DNA from: Octopus sinensis
Lineage: Eukaryota
Assembly (NCBI RefSeq): GCF_006345805.1
Contig: NC_043009.1
Location: 9,238,001 to 9,302,000, forward strand
Length of the DNA stretch: 64,000 nt
Reading direction: 5' to 3'
Shown: positions 51,394-64,000 of the stretch, piece by piece
Layout: every line of letters begins with the position of its first letter
Position numbering within the stretch: position 1 is the stretch's first letter
The notes under the pieces: generated by a model
Databases searched by the model: none
Told to the model about the DNA's origin: nothing
The model's input: the letters and a program-made list of their open reading frames with translations, nothing else
Program-made: the position numbers and the translations under genes

Positions 51394-52089
51394 GAAAGAG
51401 TGAGCGAGAGAGTGTGTGTGTTATATAAATGTGTTGAGAAAACCTATATTTGCAAACAGAGCGATGATTTATATTCACTTTCAAGCAAAAGAAAATTTGT
51501 GTAAGTGGGTGAAAATTACACCTTGGTGATTAAATGGATGTAAGTATAAATTAATAAAGGTAATGTCACTTTGATGATTTATGTATGTGTGTGTGTGCAT
51601 TCATGTGGCTGGGCACGTGTGTTGTGTGTATATGTCTGTGTGTGTATGAGAGTGAGTAATTACACACACACACACACAAGAATACACTATCATGAACACA
51701 TGCATATATATGAACAGATACACACACATATGTATATAATTTTACATTATATATATATGTGTGTATGTGTATATGTATATTTGTATATGCATGTGTATAT
51801 ATATAAATATATATGTATATACATGTATATACACATACACACACACACACACAGTTTGGGCTAAATTTGATGATTTTTTATGCCCCCCTTTTTTTTCAGG
51901 AATAGCTTGATGCATTAGGGAACAGTGAATGGCATTAGAAAGTATAAAGATTAAAGTTTTAATTGAGAAAATGTTAGCTTTAATGGAGGACTGGAAGCCA
52001 TCTGAATATAAGAAAAGAGTTACCTGCCTTATGATGGTTTGTGTTGGGTATCAAAATGCCAGCATCATGACTGTTGGTCAATGCTCTGT

Positions 52090-52985
52090 GAACACTGTAA
52101 AGGTTGTAAGATGTGATATGGACATCTGCAACAGAGTACAAAGCTGTGACTGGCTGGAAGGGACACAGCAGGTGTTCTGAGGATGATGTCAGGCCACTCC
52201 ATATCTTTGAACAGGATCTTAGGTTCAATTCAGACTGCTATGTGATGTTGCTGGAGACTGTGGTCAACCCCTGCCTGGAGAGGGTTGCTGCTGAAGGTCA
52301 TATGTGTGGCAGTAGGATTCAGCTACTTATTTCTTTATTGCCCACAAGGGGCTAAGCATAGAGGGGACAAACAAGGACAGACGAAGGGATTAAGTCGATT
52401 ACATCAACCCCAGTGCATAACAGGTACTTAATTTATCGACCCCGAAGGGATGAAAGGCAAAGCTGACCTCGGCGGAATTTGAACTCAAAACGTAAAGACA
52501 GACGAAATACTGCTAAGCATTTTGCCTGGCGTGCTAACGTTTCTGCCACCTCACCACCTTAGGATTCAGCTACTTGCCATACCTCCAGAAAAAAGTCAGA
52601 TGTCGTTGGCAGAGAGTTTCTACAACTTCACCAGCTCCAGTTTCTGACCTTCTAATTCCCTCCAATTGTAATCTTATGGATTACAATGTGTGGGGTATGG
52701 TTAAGAAAGATATCAACCACTCTACTTGCAACACCAATGCCAAAACGGTGGCCAAAATCAAGGAAGTGTTCAAAGATCTTACCAGGAATGCAATGAGGAA
52801 CACTACACCTGGTTCTGGAGCTGTCTTGAGGTCATGGTTGAAGCTGAGGTTGACGACTTTGAGTAAACTGTTATTCCCCAGCCATAATTTATTAGATATC
52901 ATTTGAATTTTTAAAATACTTTTATTTTTGGATGAAATATTGTATTTTCTTTTCCTTTTATGCAGACTGTCAAATTTAGCCTGAA
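52090..52985 (+). mobile_element. Older maT-like transposase remnant, interrupted by a SINE
   Basis: DVRPLHIFEQDLRFNSDCYVMLLETVV...CNLMDYNVWGMV is homologous to the DD37D copies. Confidence 0.65.
52329..52559 (-). mobile_element. SINE family B with 16-bp TSD
   Basis: taggattcagctactt at 52313-52328 and 52560-52575. Confidence 0.92.
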
Positions 52986-53039
52986 TGTATGTTTGATTGG
53001 ATCTACTTGATGTGCAACAATTTTACTTTTCAGATTTCA

Positions 53040-53825
53040 GCTCGAGAATGGATGAGGATAGCTGTGTGAAAAAGTGCAACACCCTAGCAGTTGAGGGAAC
53101 CTGTGGAAGAGGTAGACCTAGGAAGATCTGGGATGAGATGGTGAAGTACGACCTTCGAACATTAGGCCTCACCGAAGCAATGACTAGTGACTGAGACCTT
53201 CGGAAATATGCTGTGCTTGAGAAGACCTGGCAAGCTAAGTGAGACCATTACCTCGTGGCCTATGCCAGGGGTGTAACCAGCCCACTTATGCATACCTTTC
53301 CTTCATTGGACACTAAACTCTGCTTGTGAAGATCTGTCGCGGCAAGTGAAATCGAAATCGAAATTAAATTTGATGATTGGCATCCGTGCTAGTGGAGCGC
53401 TAAGAGTGCCATACGAGCGTGATCGTTACCAGAACAGCTGACTGGCTTCTGTGCCGGTGGCACGTAAAAACCACCATTATAGCGTGATCGTTACCAGTGT
53501 TGCTGTACTGGCACATGAAAAAACATTTGAGCAAGGCCGTTGCCAGTACCTCTGGACTGGCTCCTGTGCTGGTGGCATGTAAAAAACACCATTTGAGCAT
53601 GGCCGTTGCCAGTACCGCCTGACTGGCCCTCGTGCTGGTGACATGTAAAAAGCACCCACTACACTCTCGGAGTGGTTAGCATTAGGAAGGGCATCCAGCT
53701 GTAGAAACTCTGCCAGATCAGATTGGAGCCTGGTGCAGCCTTCTGACTCGCCAGTCCTCAGTCAAACCGTCCAACCCATGCTAGCATGGAAAGCAGACGT
53801 TAAACGATGATGATGATGATGATGA
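53040..53825 (+). mobile_element. 5'-truncated RTE copy (ORF end, 3' UTR, (GAT)n tail)
   Basis: RMDEDSCVKKCNTLAVEGTCGRGRPRKIW nearly identical to the end of the 33909-36881 ORF. Confidence 0.92.
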
Positions 53826-54254
53826 TTACATTGAACTCCAACTGTTTCATTATCATACAGGGTTCTGTGTGGGTTGAGATGGGCTGTAATGTAACATAAA
53901 GAACAAATCAATAAGAGAAAAGAACATAGGCTTCAACTTTGGTATTCTTTTATTTCATCTGTAACATGTGTATAACTGAACCGACAAAAAAGTTTGTCTG
54001 TCTGAAGACGCATTTTATTGTGCATTCAATTGTGCAGCTCTTATGAAGTGCATCTGAGGATTGCGTTTAAGGTGTGAAAGCATGTATTAGCAAATATTGA
54101 AACAACTACTTTGAGAGTTAGAAACTCAGAGTAGCAGTTTGAGGAGTTTCAGATTCCAGCAAATTATATTATTCAGCTTGTAAATATAAAATATTATCTT
54201 TTATTCTTCTTTTCACACTGATGTTTACATCTACCTTTATGTGTGTGTGCGTGT

Positions 54255-54290
<36 letters not shown>

Positions 54291-54844
54291 ATATGTATAC
54301 ATATCCATCCATCCACCCACCCACCCTTATATGTATATATATTGATGAATGGATATATATATATGTATACATGTGTGTGAGTGTGTGTGTGTGTGTGTGT
54401 GTGACACACACATACTTACATACATTATGTGTCCACACGTATGTGCTTATCAGTATATCAGTAGACATCATAGGTTCTTGTAAACTTATATGGTGCAACC
54501 ATTTTCCAGCCACAAGGCGATGGTCTGATAATGAATTATTTGATGGAAATGTGTTAAGCTGGTAATGATGAGATAAGTTAACTTTAAATGAATGATTGTT
54601 CGTTTGTTAATTGTTAATTTTAATGAAAGATTTGATGGAGATGTACTACGCTGGTAGAGATGAGATAAGTTAATTTTTTTGGTGAATAATCGTGCATTTA
54701 TTGAGAATTATCAACAGTTAAATTACTCAGTTTGCAATAGAAAGTTTAGAGTATTTTGTAAAAGTGATAAAATTGGAAAGGAAAGTGAGCAACCACATCT
54801 ATGCAGAACATAAATAACTCTGTGCTACTCATACATTGAGAAAT

Positions 54845-55392
54845 ATCATCATCATCATTGTTCGACCGTGTGTCAAGACAATGGAATTTACTATGTTACT
54901 CCAGACTTCACGGTCCATCATAGCATTACGGAGGTCCTGTTGCTGGATGCCTGTATCACTGGAGATTACATCAGGGTAGGAGAGTGTGTGCCCTCTGGTA
55001 TTGCGAGCAGATGGCTTCCAGAGGAGAAGAGTAGAAATTGCCTCGTTTTCAGCTCTACAACAATGTCCAGCAAACTGGACTCTCCTACCTTTCACAAGAG
55101 ATGACACAGGTGGTAGTTTCCCATATATTTGTACTTTGGTTGGTTGATGCTTCCACGAGAGATTTTGAGCTCTCATAAGGAGGTGAGTGTAAGTTCCATC
55201 CAACTGCCTCTCAAGCTTCTTTGATAATGTCCAGGTTTCTGAGCCATATATTAGAATTGGTTTGACTGTGGCTTTGAAGATTTTAAGTTTGAAATCTCTA
55301 CTTAGATCTGATGACCAGATCTTATGCATATCATTACAGGCTGACCAGGCCATACCCTTTCTAGTTAGAAAATATTTTTCAGATGTTGATAA
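54845..55392 (-). mobile_element. LINE 3' fragment (same family as 40964-41270)
   Basis: KLKIFKATVKPILIYGSETWTL...RRVQFAGHC...AMMDREVW with (ATG)n tail. Confidence 0.88.
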
Positions 55393-55394
55393 AC

Positions 55395-55784
55395 CAGAAG
55401 TTCTCAACATGGGCAGTACTGCCCCCAGGTGGGCACTGGGCATGATGAAGGGGACATTGGTGACATAACATAATTAACACACTAAATTTCATCTATGGAA
55501 GTAATTATATTATATATGATAAAACTAGTCATGGTTTTTAAGATAAAATGAGTTCTTATCAGATACAAGGAAGTCGTTAACTTGCAATATGTAAAATGAA
55601 TTCACAACTTTTGTCTTTATTGATATTTTATCATTTCACTGCTAAAAACTTATACAATTGGTCTTTAGAAAAAAGTTTAAAAATGACTATTCATGTTAAG
55701 TTACTTTAGTCATGGTACCTCACTTGTCACTGAGTTACTTAAAGTGAGGTGGGGCTGCTACAAAAAAAGGGTTAAAAGTCACTA
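55395..55784. mobile_element. hAT/Charlie-type MITE (diverged)
   Basis: Ends cagaagttctcaac / ggttaaaagtcacta approximate CAGTGGTTCTCAAC; flanks tgataaac / atctaaac. Confidence 0.5.
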
Positions 55785-56329
55785 ATCTAAACCTATAGCC
55801 TAGTTGTTAAATGCCTTCTCCTTATCAAATGCTTCAATCCTCATTTACAGCGTGCCTTCTGCTTAGTACCAAAGAATTGGCTTCACTGCCACAGGCCTTT
55901 CTGCCCTTTCTTGAGAAATAATCTTTTACTCATATAACTCAGAGTGGAAGGAGTTATATAAATAAACTTAGAGTGGTCCTCCTTTTCTATACAACCAAAT
56001 GAAGGCAACATCTGTAGGAAGTAGGTCAATCTGAACAATTTGCAAAAAGACCCTTGTGCTATGTACATGGAGAACATGTAGAGTACACATGAAGCAACGA
56101 AGGCGATTCATGTAGTAGAGTGGAAACTATGAATTAAAAATCGAAATGTTGAGCGGACAATTCATTCCTAAAAGACTGCTATGTACTCAGTTCATACTGT
56201 AAAGCAGTTGATGATAGGAAGGGCATCCAGTCAATAAAATCATGTGAAACTCATGATGGACACAAATTGAATGAAATTCTTATTGGATGTGCAGGTTTCT
56301 CATCAGGTTGAGGTTTCTCTTCATCTTAC

Positions 56330-56442
56330 CTCTTATTTACAACTTCCCCAGATTTCCTTACATCATGCCAACATTGATGGCCATACTTCTGAAGTTTTAC
56401 ACCTGACAAGAAGAGAATCTCCAGTGATGACTGGTATTTTTT
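56330..56442 (-). CDS. Candidate coding exon of an unidentified minus-strand gene
   Basis: ACTAAC branch point, pyrimidine tract and AG at 56443; alternative AG at 56403; strong AG|GTAAGA donor; one open frame (KKYQSSLEILFLSGVKLQKYGHQCWHDVRKSGEVVNK). Family not recognised. Confidence 0.3.
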
Positions 56443-56744
56443 CTACATCAGAAAGTAAGAAAGTTAGTGTAATCATTTAAAGGTGGTCAAGGGATTCTAA
56501 GAAATGGCCAGATTCCCCCACTTGTGCAGGACTGATATTAACCATGACAGTACAATACACAATTGTAGGGTGGTCAGGTGGTCAGTTGATTTCAGCATAA
56601 CCAAACACACTGTATCATGTCCCTGCAACACACGGACAACATAAATAGAGTTCTTCTCAAAGTTGTTACAAATGTTAAGCCGAGTAATTCTTCATGAGCT
56701 GGCATTTCAACACGGAATGCTGGCTGTTAGTTTGTCAGAAGACA

Positions 56745-57307
56745 AGGTGGCAAGCTAGCAGAATCTTTACCATGTCAGACAAAATGCTTAGCAGCACTTT
56801 GTCTGATTTTACATTCTGAGTTCAAATTCTACTGAGACCGACTTTGCCTTTCATCCTTTCAGGTTTGATAAAATAAGTACCAGTTGAGTACTGGGGTCGA
56901 TGTAGCCAATTTACACTCTCTCTTGAAATTGCTGGCCTTGTGCCAAAATTTGAAACCAATACGTCAGGAGGAGAAAACTCATTGTAATCCAGTCTCTGTC
57001 TGCCATAATAAAGATTTCGTCTAACTAAACACAATGTTATTTTCATAAAGGAAGAAATTCAAGTCATTTGAATTAATCATAGTTGATTGTTTTCTTTTCA
57101 GAGTTGAGTGTGGAGGAAATGTTGACATTATAAGTGCAGAAATGGGTGTGAGGTTAAGAAGCTTACATTGTAACCGCACAGTTTGGGGTTCAGTCCCACT
57201 GCATGGTACTTTGGACAAGTGTTTAATCCTAAAGTCCTGGGCCAACCAATGCCTTGTTAGGGAATTTGTTAGATGGAAACTTGTAGAAACCCATTGTATG
57301 TGTATGA

Positions 57308-57343
<36 letters not shown>

Positions 57344-58110
57344 CTCTCTTTGTTGTGTTTGTCCCACCCCCTCCCCCGTGGTGGCTTGTAAATGTGCCTG
57401 TAGCTTAGTGATTCAGCAAAACAGACTGATAGGACAAGCTCCAGACTTTAAAATAATGAGCACTGGGGTTGATTTGTTTGATTAAAATCCTTGAAGGTGG
57501 TGCTCCAGTATGACCACACTCCAATGACTGAAACAAGTAAAAGATAAAAGGAGAATATCCTGTAGGCTGGGATTCTTGGGGTGGAGGGTGGGTCAGAGAA
57601 ATATGGATGGAGGTAGTATGCTGTGGTTTCCAAATGCTTTTTTTTAATCGAGACACTCTTCAGAGCAAACAAAAATATTTCAAATAAACGGGTATTTGTA
57701 TATTTTATGTATTTACATATTTTAGCCAATAATGAAGTAAAAGTAATTTAAACTATATAAAATTATTCAGTATATATTTCTTTATTTAATAAGTGAAGCA
57801 TCTATAGTATTATTCTGCTTGACATGGTACATTGTTATACTTTAAACAACCTTAACAATGAAACTAAAATCAATGACATAACAGGAATGCCTAATAATTC
57901 TTTCTGTCATAGGGACAAGGCCTGAAAATTTGTGGTGGAGGCAAATCAATTACATTGACCCCAGTGCTCAACTGGTACTTGTTTTATTGACCCCGAAGGA
58001 ATGAAAGGCAAAATCAACCTTAATAGAATTTGAACTCTGAATGTGAAGCCAGAAGAAGTATCATGCAGCAATTTGCTCGGCACAGTAACAATTCTATCAG
58101 CCCACCACCT
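56745..58110. mobile_element. SINE cluster: B (+) 56745-56960, A (+) 57140-57550, B (-) 57910-58110
   Basis: Family-diagnostic blocks as above; the two B copies are inverted around the A copy. Confidence 0.8.
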
Positions 58111-59104
58111 TTTGGAATGTTTAATGATAAAACAATTTTGAAAGTATCTTACAGTCAAGATCTTAAACTATGGAAGAAAATCAAAGATATCATCAAAATC
58201 TCTAACATGACAAAACAAGTTTGAGTCTTTAAATAGTTTTAACTATGAAACAAAATCTAAGACATAATTATGTAAAACCATTAACACATCAAAACAAGAA
58301 AATTGCAGCAAAACTGCATGCTAGTGGTGTCAGACGTGGTACACTGACCACCGTATAACTTGTTTGACATTCTTCTTCTCTTCTGTTTTATTTTGACATG
58401 TGCATTGCATTTTTATTCTTCTCTTTTGTTTTCAAATTCATACTTTTCTTTCCAGTTCCTATTCAAAACTGTTTACAGATCACAACCGTCTCAGGAACCT
58501 GCGGTCGTGAGGAGCACTTCATACTTCGATGATTGTGAAATAAAATATGTTACACTTTAAACGGTCTTATCTATAGAAGAAAATCAAAGACGTGATCAAT
58601 ATCTTTAGCAGGACAAAACAAGTTTGAGTGTTGTGCTTAAAACAGCCTCAACTATGGAATAATATCTAAGACAAATCTAAATCTTTAACATAATGAAATA
58701 ATATGAAAATTTATAAATTTATGCAACAAAATAGAAATATAAAGGTTTATAAAGTATGTAAATTTCTACAAGTCCTCCTAAATAGTTATTAAGACTTTAT
58801 ATTTAGAATTATAGTGTGTATTTTTCGCATTTTGTTAAAAGAAAAAGAAAGATAATTCTATTATTTTTCTAGCATACCAAGTTAGATCTTGTAGAACACA
58901 AGTGTGTTATAGTGCACTGTTTGTGAACTACTTCTCTAGATAGACACAGAATGTAAAGTCAATACTGCCTGGAGAGGTATGAACTAGATATATAAGACAC
59001 TATGTTAGAAATTGTAATATTATTTATTATCTGTAAATCATGTATCTTCACTTTTGTAGTTTCTTTTGATAATGAACACCTGAATCTTCCCCAGACTCTC
59101 TTAC

Positions 59105-59197
59105 TTGCAGAAGACAAAAAAGATTGTTTCAGTTTTAGAACGATGGCTCTGCTTAGCGAACACATTAATCTTCTTGTCTCCCTGACAGTCAAACCAG
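59105..59197 (-). CDS. Candidate 93-nt coding exon of an unidentified minus-strand gene
   Basis: gtttttcacAG acceptor, GTAAGA donor, length a multiple of 3, two open frames (GLTVRETRRLMCSLSRAIVLKLKQSFLSSA or WFDCQGDKKINVFAKQSHRSKTETIFFVFC). Confidence 0.35.
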
Positions 59198-59525
59198 CTG
59201 TGAAAAACGTCAAGTTTCAGGGATGGATTTTAAAAAACATATTGACAGGTTTTACAAAGGATGTTTACTTACTGATTCTTATTATTTGCTGCCATGCGAA
59301 CGCATAAAACAAAATAGGGAACTGAGCAATAGTCTGTGTAAATATAGTGTGACACTTATCCCTTATTCAGTATATCCCTGATTCAGTATTTTATAGGATT
59401 TTTTTCCTTATCATCCACATAGCATTAAATAAGAAATCCCAGTTTCATATCTTAGTAGAGAAATACAGATATAACAAATACCATACAACATAAAAAAATT
59501 CTTGATTTATTCAACATTAATAATA

Positions 59526-59571
<46 letters not shown>

Positions 59572-59637
59572 TAAAAATAATGATGATGATGATGATGATG
59601 ATGACGATGACGACGACGACGATGACGACAAAAAATA

Positions 59638-59806
59638 CCTTAGGAATGAGAACTCGGGTTCGAAATTTCCCCAAGACACCTGATGAAGGCTGGAGGGTAT
59701 ATCAGCCGAAATGTTGTGTTAACAACAAACAAGATGAGGACAAATATCCGTCAATTGTAAATAATGTAAATAATGTACATAATTCCTCATCTCTTAATTA
59801 TAGAAC
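59638..59806 (+). mobile_element. Penelope-like element fragment with a minimal hammerhead motif
   Basis: gacac-CTGATGA-A-ggctg(10 nt)cagcc-GAAA-tgt-t-gtgtt at 59675-59720. Confidence 0.6.
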
Positions 59807-59925
59807 TGTAAAATACTTTGGCAATGATAGCTTCTATGTAATTGATCTATTGTTGTCAGGTCAGCCCTGACTGAACAAACCTATATCAAAGATGTTCAAA
59901 ATATGTTTGACATAGCTGTGTGTGT

Positions 59926-59971
<46 letters not shown>

Positions 59972-60554
59972 ATGTGTGTGTGTGTGTATTCGTGTGTGTG
60001 CATGGATGTGTGGGTGTTTGTGTCTACATGACTTGATATCACATGATAGTCGTAAACAAGTATCACCATCATACAAGTGGTGTTGTTCATTGCCAATCTT
60101 TCGTATGAAGACACCAACCATAGGGAAAAATACCTAGCTCAGAAACAGAGGAGGGTTGGCAACAGGAAGGGCATCCAGCTGTACAAAAGATGAGACAGTT
60201 ACATTTCATTTTTTGTACAGTCATAGGGTATATCTACAATATCCATTGTGTCTTACTCTTTTAAGATGGCTGAATGTCATTTGAAAAAGGGTTGGTTGTT
60301 TTCTAGCATGTTGAACTCAAATCTTTGGCTCAGCCTCACATGATCCATTTTATGCCACAGACCAATTTCGTTCGACAAATTCTCTTATGGGAAATATATG
60401 TTTAATTCCTAAATGTTTGGGGTGAGGTTTGAGAGTGATTTGGTTGCTATTTCTAGCAGTTTGAGAGACAATGTAGAGGCTCCCTTGTTAATTTGTAAAA
60501 TTATGACAAGTAGAGAGAGGGGGGAGAGAGAGAGAGAGAGAGAAAGGGGTAGGG

Positions 60555-60595
<41 letters not shown>

Positions 60596-61304
60596 AGGGG
60601 CAGGCTAGAACATGCTTTATTATAAAGTCTGCTTGAGCAGAACTGATCTGGGACTAAATGACGACAACAACAACAACAACAAGTCACAGAGGCAGCAGCA
60701 ACAACAGCAATAGTAACAACAGCAATAGCAACAACAGCAATAGCAACAATAATAGCAACAGAATGGTTGTTACTAATGCAGAGCAATTGTTTCATTTGAT
60801 TGGTTATCTTTGTTCCATAAGTCAGATGAAGCAGAGCTGATTGGAACTGCTCACAATCGACAATAGCAACAACAACAACAGTTAATAAATATTGATTGAA
60901 GGTCACAGTGAATTTGGCCTGTCTCTTATATTGGTTTAACTTTATGGTCTAGCTTAGTTAGCGTTAGTTATTGGTACTTTTTATTGTGTCAAGAATAGTA
61001 TATGATAAAACTGAAGAAAAAACAAAAACCAAACAGATTTTAACCTTAAATCTACAATTTCAAGTTTGATGTTTGACTTAGAAGCTTTTTTGAAAAGAAG
61101 TTTAGGTTGCATTTGGCCAACAATGGTATTGTTTGTTCCAGGTTTTCAGTGAGTCAGCCACTCATTTACTGTATTTATGACAGCAAAGAGTAACAAGGAA
61201 GTGCCTGTAATTTGGTACAGAACAAATATTGTATGGGACTTCATTTGAAGAGTATGAAGTTTTCATTTTCTCACTGATTATTATACTCTTTATTGATATA
61301 CTTA

Positions 61305-61720
61305 TTTCTTTATTGCCGAGAAGGGGCTAAACATAGAGGGGACAAACAAGGACAGACAAACGGATTAAGTCGATTACATTGACCCCAGTGTGTAACTGGT
61401 ACTTAATTTATCGACCCCGATAGGATGAAAGGCAAAGTTGACCTTGGCGGAATTTGAACTCAGAATGTAACAGCAGACGAAATACCTATTTCTTTACTAC
61501 CCACAAGGGGCTAAACACAGAGAGGACAAACAAGGACAGACAAATGGATTAAGTCGATTATATCAACCCCAGTGTGTAACTGGTACTTAATTTATCGACC
61601 CTGAAAGGATGAAAGGCAAAGTCGACCTCGGCAGAATTTGAACTCAGAACGTAGCGGCAGACGAAATACCGCTAAGCATTTCACTTGGCGTGCTAACGTT
61701 TCTGCCAACTCACTGCCTTG
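61305..61720 (-). mobile_element. SINE family B with tandem duplication of its 3' ~185 bp
   Basis: aaggggctaaaca.agag.gacaaacaaggacagacaaa occurs at 61321 and 61505; only one head (about 61670-61720). Confidence 0.85.
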
Positions 61721-62017
61721 TTTATTGATATACATAAGCAAAAGACACACGTGCACACATTGTCATCGTTATCATCATTGTCATTTTCCATGTTTGAATG
61801 AGTCGGAAGAAATTTGTTGAGATAGATTTTATATGGTTGAATACTTTTTCTCTTGCCAACACACACCTATTCCCAAGCAAGATAAAATCTTCCCAAGTCC
61901 TTTGAACATGGACAACACATTGGCCAGGCATACTTTCATGGAAGAATGCAAAAAAAATGAAACTATTTGTATGATGGTGGTTACAATTAGAATGTGATAT
62001 CAAGACAAAGAAACATG

Positions 62018-62110
<93 letters not shown>

Positions 62111-62285
62111 AACACACAATTGAATGAATGACAAAAGAACAGGAGCTACTTAATCATTTTTACTAGCTTACTGTTGTTTCTGCTATAAGTAAGCAAGCAT
62201 CCAGAGCTGAGTGCTCATGCAACATCTAAATGATGAGTCTCTATTGTGGAAAGCATTTAAATGTATATATATATATATATATATG

Positions 62286-62660
62286 CTAGCAGCTAAGCCC
62301 GGTTTCACCCGGTCTGTTTGGATGATGTGGCTTTGATCGTTTTGGGTTAGGCATAATCTATAACAGCGTTTTTCAGCCTTATCATTTCGGGTCCCCTGTT
62401 TCGATTGGAGCCTCCAGCTGTATGAAAATTTCCTGAGCCCCACCCTCGACAGAAAACAGCTTCAGGAGTTGTGAAGAAAGAATTTGTAGATAGTCTGTTT
62501 CTGAGAGCTATTCTATTGGACCTCTGTGTAATCACGTCTTTTAAGATACATACATAGAAAATGTGAGGTCATGGTAGAAAATTTTTACGATAGTTGATTT
62601 ATGGAAAAGATTATGCTAAATTTTTGAAATGCAAATATGTGAATGAAAATTAAGTTCAGG
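62286..62660 (-). mobile_element. Helitron-like 3' end
   Basis: Minus strand ends accgggtgaaaccgggcttagctgCTAG (short hairpin then CTAG) next to (TA)n. Confidence 0.45.
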
Positions 62661-62744
62661 CCTCTACATGGTAGCTAGACCTGGTAGAAATAGCAGCCAA
62701 TATATATATATACATATTCATATACATATATATATACATATATA

Positions 62745-62824
<80 letters not shown>

Positions 62825-62833
62825 CATATTTGT

Positions 62834-62869
<36 letters not shown>

Positions 62870-62899
62870 TAGAGAAAAACCGCTATTATGCAATTCAAA

Positions 62900-63715
62900 C
62901 AATGATAGACATAAACCAAATCATAAATAAAAAATAAAATATATTTTAAAACATACAACTAGATCACAAGAGTACAAAAATGAATAAACAATATATCATA
63001 AGTAAAAAGACTACGTACATTTCATGGCTATAATTTAAATCCAAATTACAATTAAATTCAAATTTAATTGAAAAACAATTCACTTTAAAATTATAATCAC
63101 TCTCAGGTCAACAATGATAAATAGTTAAATAAATAAGCAAATAGAATTAAACACTATTCCTTAAAGAAAGAAAATCATGATTTTTCTTAAAGAAGAAACT
63201 CCATTAACTAAATTTGAAACTTAAAACATTAGGACCAGTTGCCTACAATACATTTATCATGTTAAGTATTTAAAGTAAAAAAAATAGAGTAAATAGATAG
63301 AAAAATGTATTTATCTGTGAAGATATAATTTAGCTTTAATAAAAAATATTAATAAACTATAGAATATCTTTAACCTAGCTATACTCTAATATTTTATTAC
63401 CAAACTATTTTACAAAACAATCACACTTAATATTTTTAGATGTTAGTTCACATATAATAATTATAAAATAATAAAATTATAAAATATATAAAAGTACACA
63501 TCTAAATTATAATCAACAAATATAGCAATTAGAAATCCATATTTTTTCAATCAATAAACATATAGATATATAAATAAATTACTCCATTATTACTTAGATA
63601 AATATTAAAGATATCATTCTGAAAATATTTATGAAATAAAAAAATAAGAAATGAAAAATTCCAAAACTAAAAACGTATAACTTATCGTTTATAAAATTAT
63701 TTGCGAAAAAAGTAC

Positions 63716-63791
<76 letters not shown>

Positions 63792-64000
63792 ATTTAATAG
63801 GACTAGAAATATGATAAAAACCGATAGTTATACTAAAACATTTTTACAATCTAAATCTCAAAGTAACAAACTAATATTTTACAATTTACGTTCAGATATA
63901 ATAATTATAAAATAATAATAATTAAATAAATGTACGTATCTAAATTATCATTAACAAATAAAAAATTAGAAATTCATATTTAATAATGTACTTTATATAA
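62900..64000. repeat. Very AT-rich block with a diverged ~150-bp direct repeat and (TAT)n
   Basis: atataataattataaaataata...tctaaattat...caaata..aattagaaat.catatttt at about 63400-63545 and 63835-63985; (TAT)n 63715-63790. Confidence 0.7.

Noticed and set aside
54050-54090. CUGAGGA...GAAAG motif
   Set aside because: Stems I and II cannot be formed convincingly.
58326-58560. tggtgtcagacgtgg resembling a tRNA-Leu primer-binding site, followed later by aataaa...ttaca
   Set aside because: No adjacent TG...CA LTR pair and no gag/pol sequence; 15 nt with mismatches is not enough evidence.
60409-60906. 165-aa minus-strand ORF with hydrophobic stretches
   Set aside because: Mostly (AAC/AGC/AAT)n and (GA)n repeats, with no credible splice signals or domain.
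62900-64000. Mitochondrial insertion (NUMT) as a firm call
   Set aside because: AT content fits, but no mitochondrial protein, rRNA or tRNA motif could be recognised.

Overview
AT-rich, repeat-saturated animal genomic DNA, not prokaryotic: no operons, CRISPR arrays, rRNA or true tRNA genes are visible. The abundant tRNA-derived SINEs, RTE LINEs, Tc1/mariner and hAT elements and long (TA)n/(CA)n/(GATA)n tracts suggest a coleoid cephalopod, probably Octopus (inference). The one host gene I can support is the 3' half of an NADH-cytochrome b5 reductase-like gene (CYB5RL, + strand). It has three phase-0 exons (5916-6023, 14291-14494, 28252-28449), two of them missed by the ORF track. The only long ORF (33909-36881, open from 33810) is an apparently intact RTE-clade LINE ORF (APE endonuclease + RT) with a C4HC3 PHD finger inserted inside the C-terminal part of the RT domain. 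The rest is layered transposon debris: DD36E Tc1-like, DD34D mariners, DD37D maT-like, a 4-kb hAT, Helitron-like elements, MITEs, Penelope-like fragments with minimal hammerhead-ribozyme motifs, and at least five SINE or LINE-tail families. Less obvious structure includes two long fold-back hairpins, a degenerate 29-bp array, phase-compatible cryptic exons inside a CYB5RL intron, and candidate minus-strand exons of an unidentified gene. Most short ORFs in the track are microsatellite or SINE artefacts. All alignments were done by eye and many repeat boundaries are approximate.
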